Shown: one piece after another, positions 1-10,637 of the stretch | Layout of the letters: each line of letters starts with the position of its first letter | Position numbering within the stretch: the first letter of the stretch is position 1 | Assembly (NCBI GenBank): GCA_963796455.1 | Contig: CAWCLO010000004.1 | Span: 128,001-192,000 of the forward strand | Direction: 5' to 3' | Origin: Candidatus Sulfomarinibacteraceae bacterium | GTDB taxonomy: Bacteria; Acidobacteriota; Thermoanaerobaculia; Thermoanaerobaculales; Sulfomarinibacteraceae | DNA: 64,000 nucleotides | Made by a program: the position numbers and the translations under genes | The notes under the pieces: generated by a model | Database searches by the model: none | What the model saw: the letters and a program-made list of their open reading frames with translations, nothing else | What the model was told of the DNA's origin: nothing

Positions 1-439
1 GGCCGCCGTGGCCCGCCGCTTCGTGGCCGGTGACGATCAGGGCGTCGGCGCCGTCGCGTTGGGCGGCCTCAGCGTGTTTCAGGGTGGCGACGGTGGCAAT
101 CACCTTCCCGCCGTAGGCGTGGGCGCCATTGCAGATCCAATCACCTTTGCCGAGGGAGTAGTTGATGACCGGAACTTTTTCTGCGAGCAATACCTCCGCA
201 TTTTTTCGATTGCCGGGAAAGTACAGCGTCACATTTGCGGCGAAAGGCCGGTCCGTGAGTTCGCGGGTGCGGCGCACTGCGTCGCGGGTCTGATCGGCGT
301 CAAGAACCCCGGTGGCGAGAATGCCCAGCCCCCCGGCGTTGCAAACCGCCGCGACCAGTTCTGGCGTGCTGATCCAGCTCATGCCGGACAAAATGATGGG
401 GTGTTCGATGCCAAAGAGCTCGGTGATCCTGGTTTTCAC
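1..439 (-). CDS. Nitronate monooxygenase / FabK-like enoyl-ACP reductase (partial, runs off window)
   Basis: Not in the ORF track. Manual reverse-complement translation from GTG at 439 (GGAGG upstream) gives MKTRITELFGIEHPIILSGMSWISTPELVAAVCNAGGLGILATG...GADALIVTGHEAAGHGG, the typical FabK/NMO N-terminus and catalytic His motif. Confidence 0.85.
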   Translation of the reverse strand, partial: MKTRITELFGIEHPIILSGMSWISTPELVAAVCNAGGLGILATGVLDADQTRDAVRRTRELTDRPFAANVTLYFPGNRKNAEVLLAEKVPVINYSLGKGDWICNGAHAYGGKVIATVATLKHAEAAQRDGADALIVTGHEAAGHGG

Positions 440-527
440 TGCAAACCTCCAGCATGGCGCAGCGCCGCTTGCGGAGGCGAGAATATCACCACCTGCGATT
501 TCTCCATTTCGAGACACTTTTGCCCAG

Positions 528-906
528 GACAGTGTCTCAGACAGCGACCGGGGACGGAAAACGGGGGACAGCGTCAGCATTCAGCTATCGGCGGCAGGAA
601 TCAGCGGCAGCGACAGGCAACAGCGAGCAGGGACGGCGACAGTGATCAGCGGCAGCGGTCAGGAGTCGGGGCGACAAAGTGGCCACCTCCAGGTCGTTCA
701 ACAGAAGAAACAGCCGTTGTGGTGTAGGCGTCTCGCCTGCACACCGTGCGGCCGAGACGGCCGTACCACAAAGGCCGGAGCCCCGAAGAAGTGAGTGCTG
801 TTCGCTGTCCCGGCCGTTGATCGCTGACGCCGATGACTGAACGCTGATGCTGACTACTGTCCACTGTCTCTGCTTGCCGTCCCTGTCGCTGACGCTGGAC
901 ACTGTC
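528..906. repeat. Long imperfect inverted repeat (arms ~528-624 and ~797-906) made of hexamer-like units
   Basis: Left arm gacagtgtc..cagcgaccgggacgg..ggacag..gtcagcat..aacagc aligns with the reverse complement of the right arm gacagtgtc..cagcgacagggacgg..ggacag..gtcagcat..aacagc. Confidence 0.7.
718..770. repeat. Inverted REP-like doublet (REPIN/BIME-like)
   Basis: tgtggtgtaggcgtctcgcctgca (718-741) and the reverse complement of 747-770, tgtggtacggccgtctcggccgca. Both have a GTGG lead, a 7-bp stem and a GTCTC loop. Confidence 0.7.
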
Positions 907-1059
907 GCTGCCGCTGCAATTCGGGATCGGGATCGGGTACGTGCCAACCGCGAACCGGAAATGCCAAAAACCAACCCGTTGACCTCGTGTTTTTGGGTGC
1001 GCAACTTCACGAGCCGATTTGTTTTGGACAGCACTGAAATCGAGCTAGACTACCCTGCC

Positions 1060-1938
1060 ATGCCGTCTCGTGCTCGTTTTGCCCTGCTCACCGCCATCGT
1101 CCTCTGGGCGGTTTCCTTCGTCGCGACCAAGGTGGCCCTGGAACAGGCGCCACCCCTGGTTGTGGTCACCCTCCGACTTGTGATCTCGGCCCTGTGCTTT
1201 CTGCCCTGGGCGGTTTCCACCGGTGGGCTGAGGGGTTTCGGTGGTTGGCGCGGGCTGGGACAGCTATTTGTCCTCAGCCTCTTTGGCACCACGCTCCATT
1301 ACGGGACGCAAACCGTGGGTCTACAATTCACGACCGCCTCCAACGGGTCGGTCTATACGACGACCGGACCGATCACCATATTGCTGCTCTCTGCTCTCGT
1401 ACTGGGCGAGCGCATCACCGTGCGCAAGGCTGTCGGGGTGGCGGTAGCGGTTGCGGGCGTTCTCGTGGTGATGGGCAGCGAAACCCTGGGTGCCTTTGAG
1501 ATCGGCAATATCAAGGGGGATCTGCTGATCCTCTCGAGCATCGTGATGTGGGGTTTGTTTACGGTTTTCGGCAAAAAAAAGACCGATGATCTGGGCGCCT
1601 TACGGGTGACGATGTGGGTGACCATCATGGGCGCCGCGTCGATGATACCCATCGGGCTCTACGAAGCGCGAAGCACCGGGTTCTCGATCACGGATCTTGC
1701 CGCCGCCGGGTGGTCGGCAATCGTCTTTCTCGGTGTCGGATGTTCCTTTTTGGCGACCCTTCTCTATTTTGTGGCGCTCAAGCTCTCGGAGTCGCAGAAG
1801 GTGGGTGTCTACCTCTATGCGATCCCGCCGATCACCGCTGTCTTTGCCGCGTTCTATCTCGGCGAGTCGATCACCATCAACCTGGTGATCGGAGCGGCGC
1901 TTGTCATCTGTGGAGTGGCCATTACCGAACGCGGGTGA
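1060..1938 (+). CDS. EamA/DMT family transporter
   Basis: Two EamA repeats (LWAVSFVATK...LR, P...LGE; MWGLFTV, PPITAVFAAFYLGE) and about 10 TM helices. Start moved to ATG 1060. Confidence 0.9.
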   Translation: MPSRARFALLTAIVLWAVSFVATKVALEQAPPLVVVTLRLVISALCFLPWAVSTGGLRGFGGWRGLGQLFVLSLFGTTLHYGTQTVGLQFTTASNGSVYTTTGPITILLLSALVLGERITVRKAVGVAVAVAGVLVVMGSETLGAFEIGNIKGDLLILSSIVMWGLFTVFGKKKTDDLGALRVTMWVTIMGAASMIPIGLYEARSTGFSITDLAAAGWSAIVFLGVGCSFLATLLYFVALKLSESQKVGVYLYAIPPITAVFAAFYLGESITINLVIGAALVICGVAITERG

Positions 1939-2000
1939 GCGACGTCTGCGCGGCATCCTAGCCGCCGTCGTGCATGTCGTGACCATCAGACTCCGGTGGT

Positions 2001-2651
2001 TTACTGAAAACGCAGCATCTCCAGAGTGAGCTCTTCGAGCGACCGCAGCTTGAAGTCCGCGAGGTCGTGTTCCGGTCGATCAAAATAGTTCGGCGGCGGG
2101 ACCGCGATGACCCGCATCGAGGCGGCCCGTCCAGCCCGCACACCGGCGATGGAGTCCTCGATCACCACACACCGTCGGCCTTCCACGCCGAGTTCTCTGG
2201 CGGCGGTGAAAAAGACCGCTGGATGCGGTTTCCCGAATTCTTCATTGAGCGCCGAGCAGACGACCTCGAAGGCCTGCTCCAACGACAGCTTTTCGAGGAC
2301 CGCGGCGATGAGATCAGGGTTTGATGACGAGGCGAGCGCGATCCGAAGGCCCGCGTCGCCTGCGAGCTTGATGGCGTCGTGCAGCCCCGGCATCGGTTGC
2401 GCGCGCTCGATGATCAACTCTCGAACCCGTCGTTCGATCCGACCGGCGATTTCGGAGGGGGAGGGGCCGGTCCACTTCGTTCGACCGAACCAATAGGCCG
2501 CCACCTCGTCGGTGCGCATGCCCATGGTTTTTTCACAGTCTTCATCCGAAAGCTCGAGACCGACATCGGCAAAGACTTCGCGCTCGGCACTCCGCCACAG
2601 GGGTTCGGAGTCAACGATCACACCGTCCATGTCAAAAATGACCGCCCGCAT
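2001..2651 (-). CDS. HAD-family sugar phosphatase (HxpB/YniC-like)
   Basis: Motifs FDMDGVIVDSEP, ASSS, KPHP and IEDS..G. Confidence 0.9.
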   Translation of the reverse strand: MRAVIFDMDGVIVDSEPLWRSAEREVFADVGLELSDEDCEKTMGMRTDEVAAYWFGRTKWTGPSPSEIAGRIERRVRELIIERAQPMPGLHDAIKLAGDAGLRIALASSSNPDLIAAVLEKLSLEQAFEVVCSALNEEFGKPHPAVFFTAARELGVEGRRCVVIEDSIAGVRAGRAASMRVIAVPPPNYFDRPEHDLADFKLRSLEELTLEMLRFQ

Positions 2652-2765
2652 CCTCTCCCTCGTTCCGATCTGGCTTGGGTCTGGGAATCAGGCGGGTTCG
2701 TGGTGCTGCTTCGCCCCTATTCCCAGCGTTGGTGGGCGGTGCCCGCCACGATGCACCAAAGCGGA

Positions 2766-2963
2766 TCAGGCTTCGGTGTCGGTCTCCGAATCGTCTTCGG
2801 TTGGGGCATCGACAAAGGCGTCGAGTTCGACGGAGGGTTGCGGCTCTTCGCTCAACTCGTCGACTTTGCTCTGCCGTCGTTCGAGTTTTTCCCTCTTCTT
2901 CTTCTGCTTTTTCAGCTCTTTTTGGCGTTTTTCAAACTTGTACGATCCACTTTTTCGTCCCAA
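2766..2963 (-). CDS. Small hypothetical protein (Lys-rich N-terminus, acidic tail)
   Basis: TTG start with GAGGAG RBS. YKFEKRQKELKKQKKKREKLERRQ is followed by an acidic tail. Confidence 0.7.
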   Translation of the reverse strand: MGRKSGSYKFEKRQKELKKQKKKREKLERRQSKVDELSEEPQPSVELDAFVDAPTEDDSETDTEA

Positions 2964-3081
2964 TCCGGCCTCCTCGTATCTACCCTAGCAGATCGGAGCG
3001 ATAGTCATGGACTCGGCGGTGGTCTGATTCTCGAATTCGTCGACCTTTCATTGCTACCGGTCGATCCTCAACTCCCGACCC

Positions 3082-4332
3082 TCAGACTGCGCTTGGTTCA
3101 CCTTCGAGATAGGCTTCGCCGAGAGCCTGCCAATTATCGAAGGCCTCACGGACGGTTTTGCGGGCCTGCCGGAACTGACGTCTGAGATGCTTGCGAGCTC
3201 GGAATCCGCCGGCTTCAGCCATCTTCTTTTGCAGGTTGGTGCGCGCCGCCTTGAGTTCCGCGATCGTTTCCTCACAGTGACGTTCGGCCGCGATGATCTT
3301 CACCCGAAGCATCTCCCTGGGGTCGGAGTCGATCAGGTCGCGCATCGCCTCGCGCGCGACAGCGGTCTGGTTTCGTGCCGATTCCTGCCAATCGTCGACA
3401 GTTTCTCCGAGATTCGCGAGATGTGTTTCGAAGGTGCTCCTGGCATGTTCGAAGAGGCGTCCGAAGGTGACATCGATCGGGCTTCGTTTGAGATTGCTCA
3501 CGAGACCGACCCTGTTCATCGACCAGATCAGCCACTTGCTCGGATCCCAGTTGTACAGACGCGGGCCATTTCGGTAGTCCGCCTGAAAGCTGTGATGGTA
3601 GTTATGGTAGCCCTCGCCAAAGGACAGGAACGAGAGCAGCCAATTGTCCCGAGCCGAGTGGGCGGTCGAGTAGGGTTGGGAGCCCCAGATATGGGCGGCT
3701 GAGTTGATGAGGAATGTGAAGTGATGCGTCAGCACCATCCGCAAAAGGAACGCGAACACGAACATCCCGAGCATGTGGCCGGTGATGAGACCAAGCGCGA
3801 TCGTGGTACCCAGATTCACGACAGCGCCGATCAGGATGATGTGTTTGTGCTGCCAACGCAGAATCGGGTCCTTCCACAGATCCGGTACGTTCGAGGTGTC
3901 GTCGTGTTTGGCGCCCTCGACCAATATCCAGCCGATGTGTGAGTAGAAAAATCCCTCCTTGGCGTTGTAGGGGTCTTCTTCCGTGTCGACGTTCCGGTGG
4001 TGAAAACGGTGGGCGGCGGCCCAGGTGATCACGCTGTTCTCGAACGCAGCCGCACCGAGAATGGCGAAAAACGCTCGGATTGGTGCAGGCGCCGAGTAGG
4101 CCCGGTGGGCAAAGAGCCGGTGGTAGCCGGCGGTGACGCTGACCCCGGTCAATAACCACATTCCGACGCAGGCGACGATTTCGACCCAGGTCACGCCATG
4201 GGTGAGTACATACCACGGGACGGCGATGGCCGCAGCCAGAGGGGTCAAGGTGAGGAAGGCCACATTGCCCCAGACGATCGGTCGGCCTTTGATGGCCCCG
4301 AGACTTTTTTGCTCATCAGTCATCTGCTGCAT
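3082..4332 (-). CDS. Delta-9 acyl-CoA/acyl-lipid fatty acid desaturase with C-terminal helical extension
   Basis: His boxes GYHRLFAH, HRFHH and GEGYHNYHH, plus TM segments. Confidence 0.92.
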   Translation of the reverse strand: MQQMTDEQKSLGAIKGRPIVWGNVAFLTLTPLAAAIAVPWYVLTHGVTWVEIVACVGMWLLTGVSVTAGYHRLFAHRAYSAPAPIRAFFAILGAAAFENSVITWAAAHRFHHRNVDTEEDPYNAKEGFFYSHIGWILVEGAKHDDTSNVPDLWKDPILRWQHKHIILIGAVVNLGTTIALGLITGHMLGMFVFAFLLRMVLTHHFTFLINSAAHIWGSQPYSTAHSARDNWLLSFLSFGEGYHNYHHSFQADYRNGPRLYNWDPSKWLIWSMNRVGLVSNLKRSPIDVTFGRLFEHARSTFETHLANLGETVDDWQESARNQTAVAREAMRDLIDSDPREMLRVKIIAAERHCEETIAELKAARTNLQKKMAEAGGFRARKHLRRQFRQARKTVREAFDNWQALGEAYLEGEPSAV

Positions 4333-4565
4333 TTCTCCAATTCGAAATCGAGGCGGTGCCTCGTAGCTTCGACGTTAGCACGGGGTTTTCGTCAGACCGC
4401 GCCGCAGTTTGACGTGATCCGCAGAAGCCGAAATGGTGACGGGGCCTCCGAAAATTTCGCAGCGAAACCCCCCGCCACTTGTCGCAAATTTCATGGTATT
4501 TGTGATCCCGGTTGCCGCGCCGTCGCTGCCGTTACAAGCGCACGGGAGACGCGTGCGCCGGAGAT

Positions 4566-5855
4566 TCAGCGCGCGGCACCTCGGGCGTTCCGACCGGACG
4601 ACCGCCGCTGGCCGCCGGGTTGGTTTCTTCGCTTCGCCTTGGCGTTGGATCGCGCCCGCTCTTCGGAACGCTGTGCGCGGTGGGCGGCGATTCGTTCCCT
4701 GACGGGAATCTCCAGGCGGCCCTCGGGTTTGGCGTCGTAGTTGAAGTCATCGATCTTTTTGCGTTCGATCTTCCGGCCGACGGCTCGTTCAATGGCGTTC
4801 ACCAGCGGCTTCTCAGCAGGAGAGGCGAAGGTGAAGGCATCACCGATCTGGCCGGCGCGGGCGGTTCGCCCGACGCGATGGATGTAGTCCTCGGGCACTA
4901 CCGGGACGTCAAAATTGATGACGTGCGGCAAGGCGGCGACGTCGATGCCTCGGGCGGCGATATCAGTGGCCACCAGCACCTTGATGCGTCCGTGCTTGAA
5001 TCCGGCGAGGGCCGCTTCTCGTTGCGGTTGGCTGCGGTTGCCGTGGATTTTGTCGCACGAAATTCCGGCCCGCTCGAGTTTCTGGGCGAGGCGGTTGGCC
5101 CGGTGTTTGGTACGTGTAAAGACGAGGGCGGTGTCTACCTCGCCCTTGCGCAGCATCGTTTTGAGGAGCTCGGTTTTGAGTTGTTCGGGGACCGGCAGGA
5201 TCGCCTGGGTGATGCCCGTGGCCGGAGCGGACCGACGTTCCACATCGATCCTCACCGGATCGTTGAGCAGACTCCGGCTCAGCTGGACGATCGGTTGTGG
5301 AAGCGTGGCGGAAAAGAGCATGGTCTGCCGCTTCTTCGGTAACTGGGCGAGGATCCGGCGGACATCGGGGAGAAAGCCCATGTCGAGCATGCGGTCGGCC
5401 TCATCGAGAACCAGAAAGTCGAGGTGTTCGAAGCGCGCCCACGGGTTCTGCATCAGATCGAGCAATCGCCCGGGTGTGGCGACCACGATATCGACCCCCG
5501 AACGGAGTGCCTTTTCCTGTTTGCCCGGTTTGACACCGCCAAAGACCGTGGCCGATTTGACCGGCGTATGACGGGCCAGATCCTGGATGTGTTCGTGGAT
5601 TTGCGATGCCAGCTCGCGGGTCGGGGTGACGATGAGTGCCCTGGTGCGGCCGCCTCTGGTGTCGGCCATGTGCTGCAGGATCGGCAGCACAAAGGCTGCG
5701 GTCTTGCCGCTGCCGGTCATCGCGCAGGCCAGTACGTCGCGCCCTTCGAGGGCAGGCGGCACTGCGTTGCGCTGGATTTCTGTCGGCTCGGTGAAGCCCA
5801 GGTCATCGATACCTCGCGCGATGGCGGGGTGGAAATTCGTCTTGAATGTTTTCAT
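4566..5855 (-). CDS. DEAD-box RNA helicase (RhlE-like)
   Basis: Q motif PTEIQ, TGSGKT, PTRELA, TPGR, DEAD, SAT and HRVGRTAR, with a basic tail. Alternative start at 5882. Confidence 0.95.
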   Translation of the reverse strand: MKTFKTNFHPAIARGIDDLGFTEPTEIQRNAVPPALEGRDVLACAMTGSGKTAAFVLPILQHMADTRGGRTRALIVTPTRELASQIHEHIQDLARHTPVKSATVFGGVKPGKQEKALRSGVDIVVATPGRLLDLMQNPWARFEHLDFLVLDEADRMLDMGFLPDVRRILAQLPKKRQTMLFSATLPQPIVQLSRSLLNDPVRIDVERRSAPATGITQAILPVPEQLKTELLKTMLRKGEVDTALVFTRTKHRANRLAQKLERAGISCDKIHGNRSQPQREAALAGFKHGRIKVLVATDIAARGIDVAALPHVINFDVPVVPEDYIHRVGRTARAGQIGDAFTFASPAEKPLVNAIERAVGRKIERKKIDDFNYDAKPEGRLEIPVRERIAAHRAQRSEERARSNAKAKRRNQPGGQRRSSGRNARGAAR

Positions 5856-6216
5856 AACTTTCTCTCTGCGTGCACGGCTCATGCGTGCGTCGCGGGTCTG
5901 CCCACACGCCCCCCGTCAACGAGGTTCGCTCGGGTCATTCCGGCTGATTGTGGGAAACGGGAGACTTGCCGGTGAGGCTGCCGTACGGGGCGGGGAGCCC
6001 CTGCGTATTGTCTGCTATCGGTCGGGTTGCTTGGAAGCAGCTCGTGTCGGCAGCTGAGAGAGCTTCTCACAAAATGGCTTGAATGGCAACTCAATGCGGT
6101 CCTTCAAACCGGAGCAAATGCTGAGGAATCGGTTCGCCGAGGTTGCCGGTATTGCCGAAAAGGTGTGCTCAGTAGTACTCTCGTGGCTGTTTTTCCACGC
6201 AGAGGGCTGCAGGATT

Positions 6217-9200
6217 GTGAAATTCGTGATCATCGGATCGGGGCCGTTGGCGGTCGAATGTGCGATTTTGGCCGCGGACGTAGGGCTGCGTCCGGTCGGT
6301 GTGGCCACCGATACCCGCGAGCTCGTCGAGTGGGCGAGGCGCTTCGAAATCCCGGCCGTCGGTCTCGACTCCCGTGCGGTCACGACGTTCGAAGCACTGG
6401 CCTTCGACTATCTCGTGAGTGTGAATAACCCGCTGATCCTCAGGGCCGGTCTGCTGGAGAACGCCCGGAAGCTGAGCGTCAATTACCACGATTCCCTGCT
6501 CCCGGACTACGCGGGATTGAATGCCACGAGTTGGGCGCTGCTCGAAGGCGAACGCCGTCATGGCATCTGTTGGCACGAAATGAGGCCGGAGGTGGATCGA
6601 GGTCCGATCCTCGTTGAACGCAGCTTCGAGATCTCCGACGATGACACCGTCCTGTCGCTGAATCGAAAGTGCTTCCGTGAAGCCTTGAGGGGATTCGAGG
6701 ATCTGCTTGCAAGACTCGGTGATGGTCGTCCGGAGGGTCGGGAACAGCCTCAGGACGGCGGTTCGTATTTTGGCTTCGATGCCGTTCCTCCGGGTGCGGG
6801 CCTGTTGGATTTCACCTCGACGGCCGAAGATCTGGAGAGGTTGAGCCGGTCTCTCGAATTCGGCCCGACGTTCAATCCGCTGTGTGTCCTCAAGCTGGGT
6901 CTGGGGTCCGGCGCTTGGATCGGTGTGGAAAAGGTGCGTCGGGCCGGCCCGGCGAGCGCCGCCGAAGCTGGTGTTCTCATCGATGTGGATGACGACGGAT
7001 GGCTGGCTACGACCGCCACCGAAACGGTCCGCCTGAGCGGCTTCCGTCTGCCGACCCGTGAAGCCCTGAGCCCCATTGAGGCCTTGACCAAAACGGGAGC
7101 GACCAGGGGTTGCCGCCTTCCCAGACCGCCGTGGAGGCCCGACGGGATCGCAGCGATCTCCGGCGGGCTCAAGGGTGCGGAGGATTTTTGGCGCGGGCGG
7201 CTGAGCCGCGTTCCCTTGGTTCGGTTGCCGCGAGGGCTCAAGATCGAAAGTGGGGCGGAATCAGACACCGTTCTTCATATTCCCGAAGAGGACGTAGAGG
7301 GTCTGACGGAGATCGAGATCATCACCGGCTTTGCCCTGGTGGTATCCATGCTCCTCGATCGGGCCCGCGTCGTCGTCGGGTTGACGGACGAAGCCTCCAA
7401 CCAGCCTGGTATCGGGCACCCGACGGTCTTTTCCGCCGTGGTTCCGATCGAGTTTGATTTTGATGACCCGCGGATGACCACGAAGGAGTGGAAGAGCGCA
7501 GCCCAGCACGAACTCGAGCTGTGTCGAAAGAAGGTGACCTTTGCCACCGATCTGTTTTTGCGCGACAGATCGCTGCCCGATCCAAGTCGGTTGTTCGCTG
7601 CCAAGGTGGCCATCAAGGAGAGTGGCGATGATCGCATTCGTTGGGAGATGGATGATTCGCTGCTGGCCATCGAGGGTATTCGGCGCGGTGCCGGCGATTG
7701 CGACTGGCGGCTGCGGTTGTCACCGATTTTCGATCCGGCGCAACGGTCGTGGATGCCCGCCCGTCTGCGCGCTGCGTGGCGCGGTCTGAGGAGCGGGCTG
7801 GCCCCTGCAGAGATCCATGCCGTGCCTGCGGATGAACAACGTACGGCCATCGCGATCGGGTCCGGAACCAGCGAAGGATTTGACCTCCACCGTGATCTCG
7901 GTGTGCTGTTGCGCAAGGCCGCCCGCGACCGGCCCGATGCCGTCGCTGTTGTCGATGGGGATTCCAGTCTGACCTATGGCGAGCTCCTGAACCGGGCCTC
8001 ACTCGTCGCCGCGGGTCTGCATGAAGAGGGTCTGGGCCGCGACGATCTGATCGGGGTCACGACCGAGCGATCGGCGAGCCAGGTGCTGGGGTTGTGTGCC
8101 ATCGCGAAGATCGGAGCAGGTTTTGTCGCTCTCGATCCCGGGTTACCGGAGGGACGGCTGCGCACCATGGTGGATTCTTCCGGTCTCGAGGCCGTTTTGG
8201 CCCCTGGTCCCGAGCGGTTCCTGCATGTCCCGGGACCGCGGGTCCTGGTCATCGATGAACTCATGGCGCTCGGAAAAACAGCGAAGCCGCTCCCTGACAA
8301 TTGCGCCGGTTCCGACCGGCCGGCATACATCACGTTCACCTCGGGTTCGACCGGTGAGCCCAAAGGGGTGGTGGTCCATCACAGGGCGCTGGTGAATTTT
8401 CTGTCGAGCGCCGCGATGACGATCGGTATGGCGCCGGGGGACCGGATCCTGCAATTCTGCAATTTGAGTTTTGATATTGCGATCGAAGAGATTTTCGGGG
8501 CGCTGACAACCGGTGCGACCCTGGTCCTTCGCGATGAAGAGTGCCTGGCTTCGGCTCAGAGATTCAGCGAGTTTATCGATGCATCGGGTATCACGATCCT
8601 CGATCTTCCAACCGCCTTTTTTCATGTCTGGATTGACGGCCTGGTGAGACCTGGTGGAGGTCTGCCGGAGAGCCTCAGAACGGTGATCGTCGGGGGCGAG
8701 GTCCTGAGCCAGGCGGCCGTTCAAGGCTGGTTTACATTGCTTGGCTCGCGGAATATCCGCCTTCTCAACAGCTATGGACCGGCGGAGGCGACGGTCGCAG
8801 TCTCCTATCAGGAGGTGCAGCCTGGAACGGCGGCAAGCGCTGTGGGCCGCATGATCCCGAATGTGCAGGCCCGCATCGTCGATCGGCGGGGTCACACCAG
8901 GCCCCTGGGGCTCGAGGGCGAGATCGTCCTCAGCGGAGAATGCCTGGCCGCCGGGTATGCGGGCAGGGATGACCTGACCGCGAAGCGATTCGGCAGATCT
9001 TTCACGGGGAGCGGCAGTGACGCGGATTGCCGTTTTTATCGGACCGGTGACCGGGGGTGGATCGATCCCGATGGAACTCTGTGTTTTTCAGGCAGAACGG
9101 ACCGCCAGGTCAAGATCAGGGGTTTTCGGGTCGAACTGGAAGGCGTCGAGGCAACGCTCTGCCGGATCGACGGTGTCGTAGCGGCCGCGGTTTACGAGGA

Positions 9201-10519
9201 CAGCGGCGTTCTGAAGGGGGTGGTGGCCGCGTGCGGTGTGTCAGCTGAGGCGGTCCGGGCGGAACTCACGGGTCTTGTTCCTGAGTACATGGTTCCGGCG
9301 GCCCTGGTGGCGAGAGAGGAAATCAAGCTCACACCAAACGCCAAGATCGACAGGGAGTGGGTTCGGGCCACCGTCGATCGGGCAACCCGAGCGGAACCGC
9401 AGGGGGGAGCTGACGGCGACGCCCGTGGGCGTGAAGGGAGCACCGCTGAATTCCTGTTGGAGTTCCTCGCGGAGGAGATTGGACAGCTCGCTGTAGAACC
9501 TGACCAGGATCTTTTCGAGGTCGGACTCGACTCTTTGGCCATCGTGCGCTTGTTGAGTGGTCTGGAGCACCGGATTGGTGTTCGGGTTCCCATGTCGGGC
9601 TTCCTCGAGAACCCTTCGGTCAACGGGCTCGTCAACTTGGTTGGTGAGCACCGCCGCGACCTCCACGTGTCGCCTTCGGATGGCTCAGATGTTCTGACGT
9701 CCTTCGCCGTCTCGAGCACGATGGCGACCGACGCCACCCCGATCATGGTTGTCACACCCCTGGGTTTCGCGACGCCCGAGTTGGCTAGGTGTCTGGACGG
9801 TGTCCGCCGTCCGGTATTCGGTCTCGATCTGCAGATCCAGGACCATTCGGGCAGACCGATAAGATACCGAGATCTTGCCGATCTCGCCTCCCATCTCATT
9901 CAATCGATGAGCCCGATACGCTCGCAAACCCGGCGCTGTCAATTGATCGGCTACTCCTTTGGGGGCCTCGCCGTATGCGAAATGGCGAGGCAGCTCGAGA
10001 GAGATGGTTGGCGGCTCGAACCCATGGTCCTGGTGGACCCCTCTTTTCCAGTACTCGATCTCGATCGATTTCGATCGGATGAACGGGTCCGCGCCTTTGA
10101 GGCCGGCACCTTCGTACAAAGCCTGGACAAACCGGAGAACGAACGCCGGCTCGAACGGCGCCTGGCGGATCTGCGCGACCGGGTGAGAGCTGAGGACCCG
10201 GCTTCGCTGTGCACGGTTGCGGCTGGAGTTGACGCTTGGCGGCGGTCGCTGGGTTCGGCGACTGCCGCACACGCAGCAGCTTGCCTGGTTTCTGCGTGAA
10301 GCGGCGAGAATCGAAAAGACCTCACGGTTGAGGCCCTTCGGTATCAAGGCTCCTGCCGGGGTCATTCTTTCGACCGAGTCATATCGGCGTGATATCGAGC
10401 TGCGGTGGCGCCTGTTGCTCGGAGAGTCGGTCGTCCTCTCGATGATCCCTGGAGACCATGTCAGCATCCTCAGCGAGAGCGACGCCGAGCTGGGACCATT
10501 GCTTCGGTCGATGCTGTAG
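6217..10519 (+). CDS. Stand-alone NRPS: formyltransferase - partial C domain - A - PCP - thioesterase (one frameshift near 10200-10290)
   Basis: F domain NYHDSLLPDYAG and DRGPIL. A-domain cores YITFTSGSTGEPKG, SFD, NSYGPAE, YRTGD, GRTDRQVKIRGFRVEL and PNAKIDR. PCP FEVGLDSL. TE GYSFGG, with its His motif IPGDHVSIL in the next frame (ORF 10217-10519). Confidence 0.88.
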
Positions 10520-10637
10520 GGCCTGCGGTCAAAGAGATCTCCCCGTCCGACGCAAAAGGACCGCGACGGCCCTGCAATCAAAGCTCATCACGGTCCCGGT
10601 GGCGTCTTCTTGTGAAACTGCTTGTGAAACCGGCAGG

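Noticed and set aside
8..794. Plus-strand ORFs 8-727 and 312-794
   Set aside because: Antisense shadows of the FabK-like gene plus low-complexity repeat sequence.
528..940. Possible CRISPR array
   Set aside because: No identical direct repeats with regular spacers, and no cas genes.
1573..1580. A8 homopolymer in the EamA gene as a phase-variation site
   Set aside because: In frame, encodes a KKK loop, and too short to support the claim.
5860..6010. Structured leader or RNA thermometer upstream of the DEAD-box helicase
   Set aside because: Only short possible stems in GC-rich sequence; not distinguishable from background by eye.
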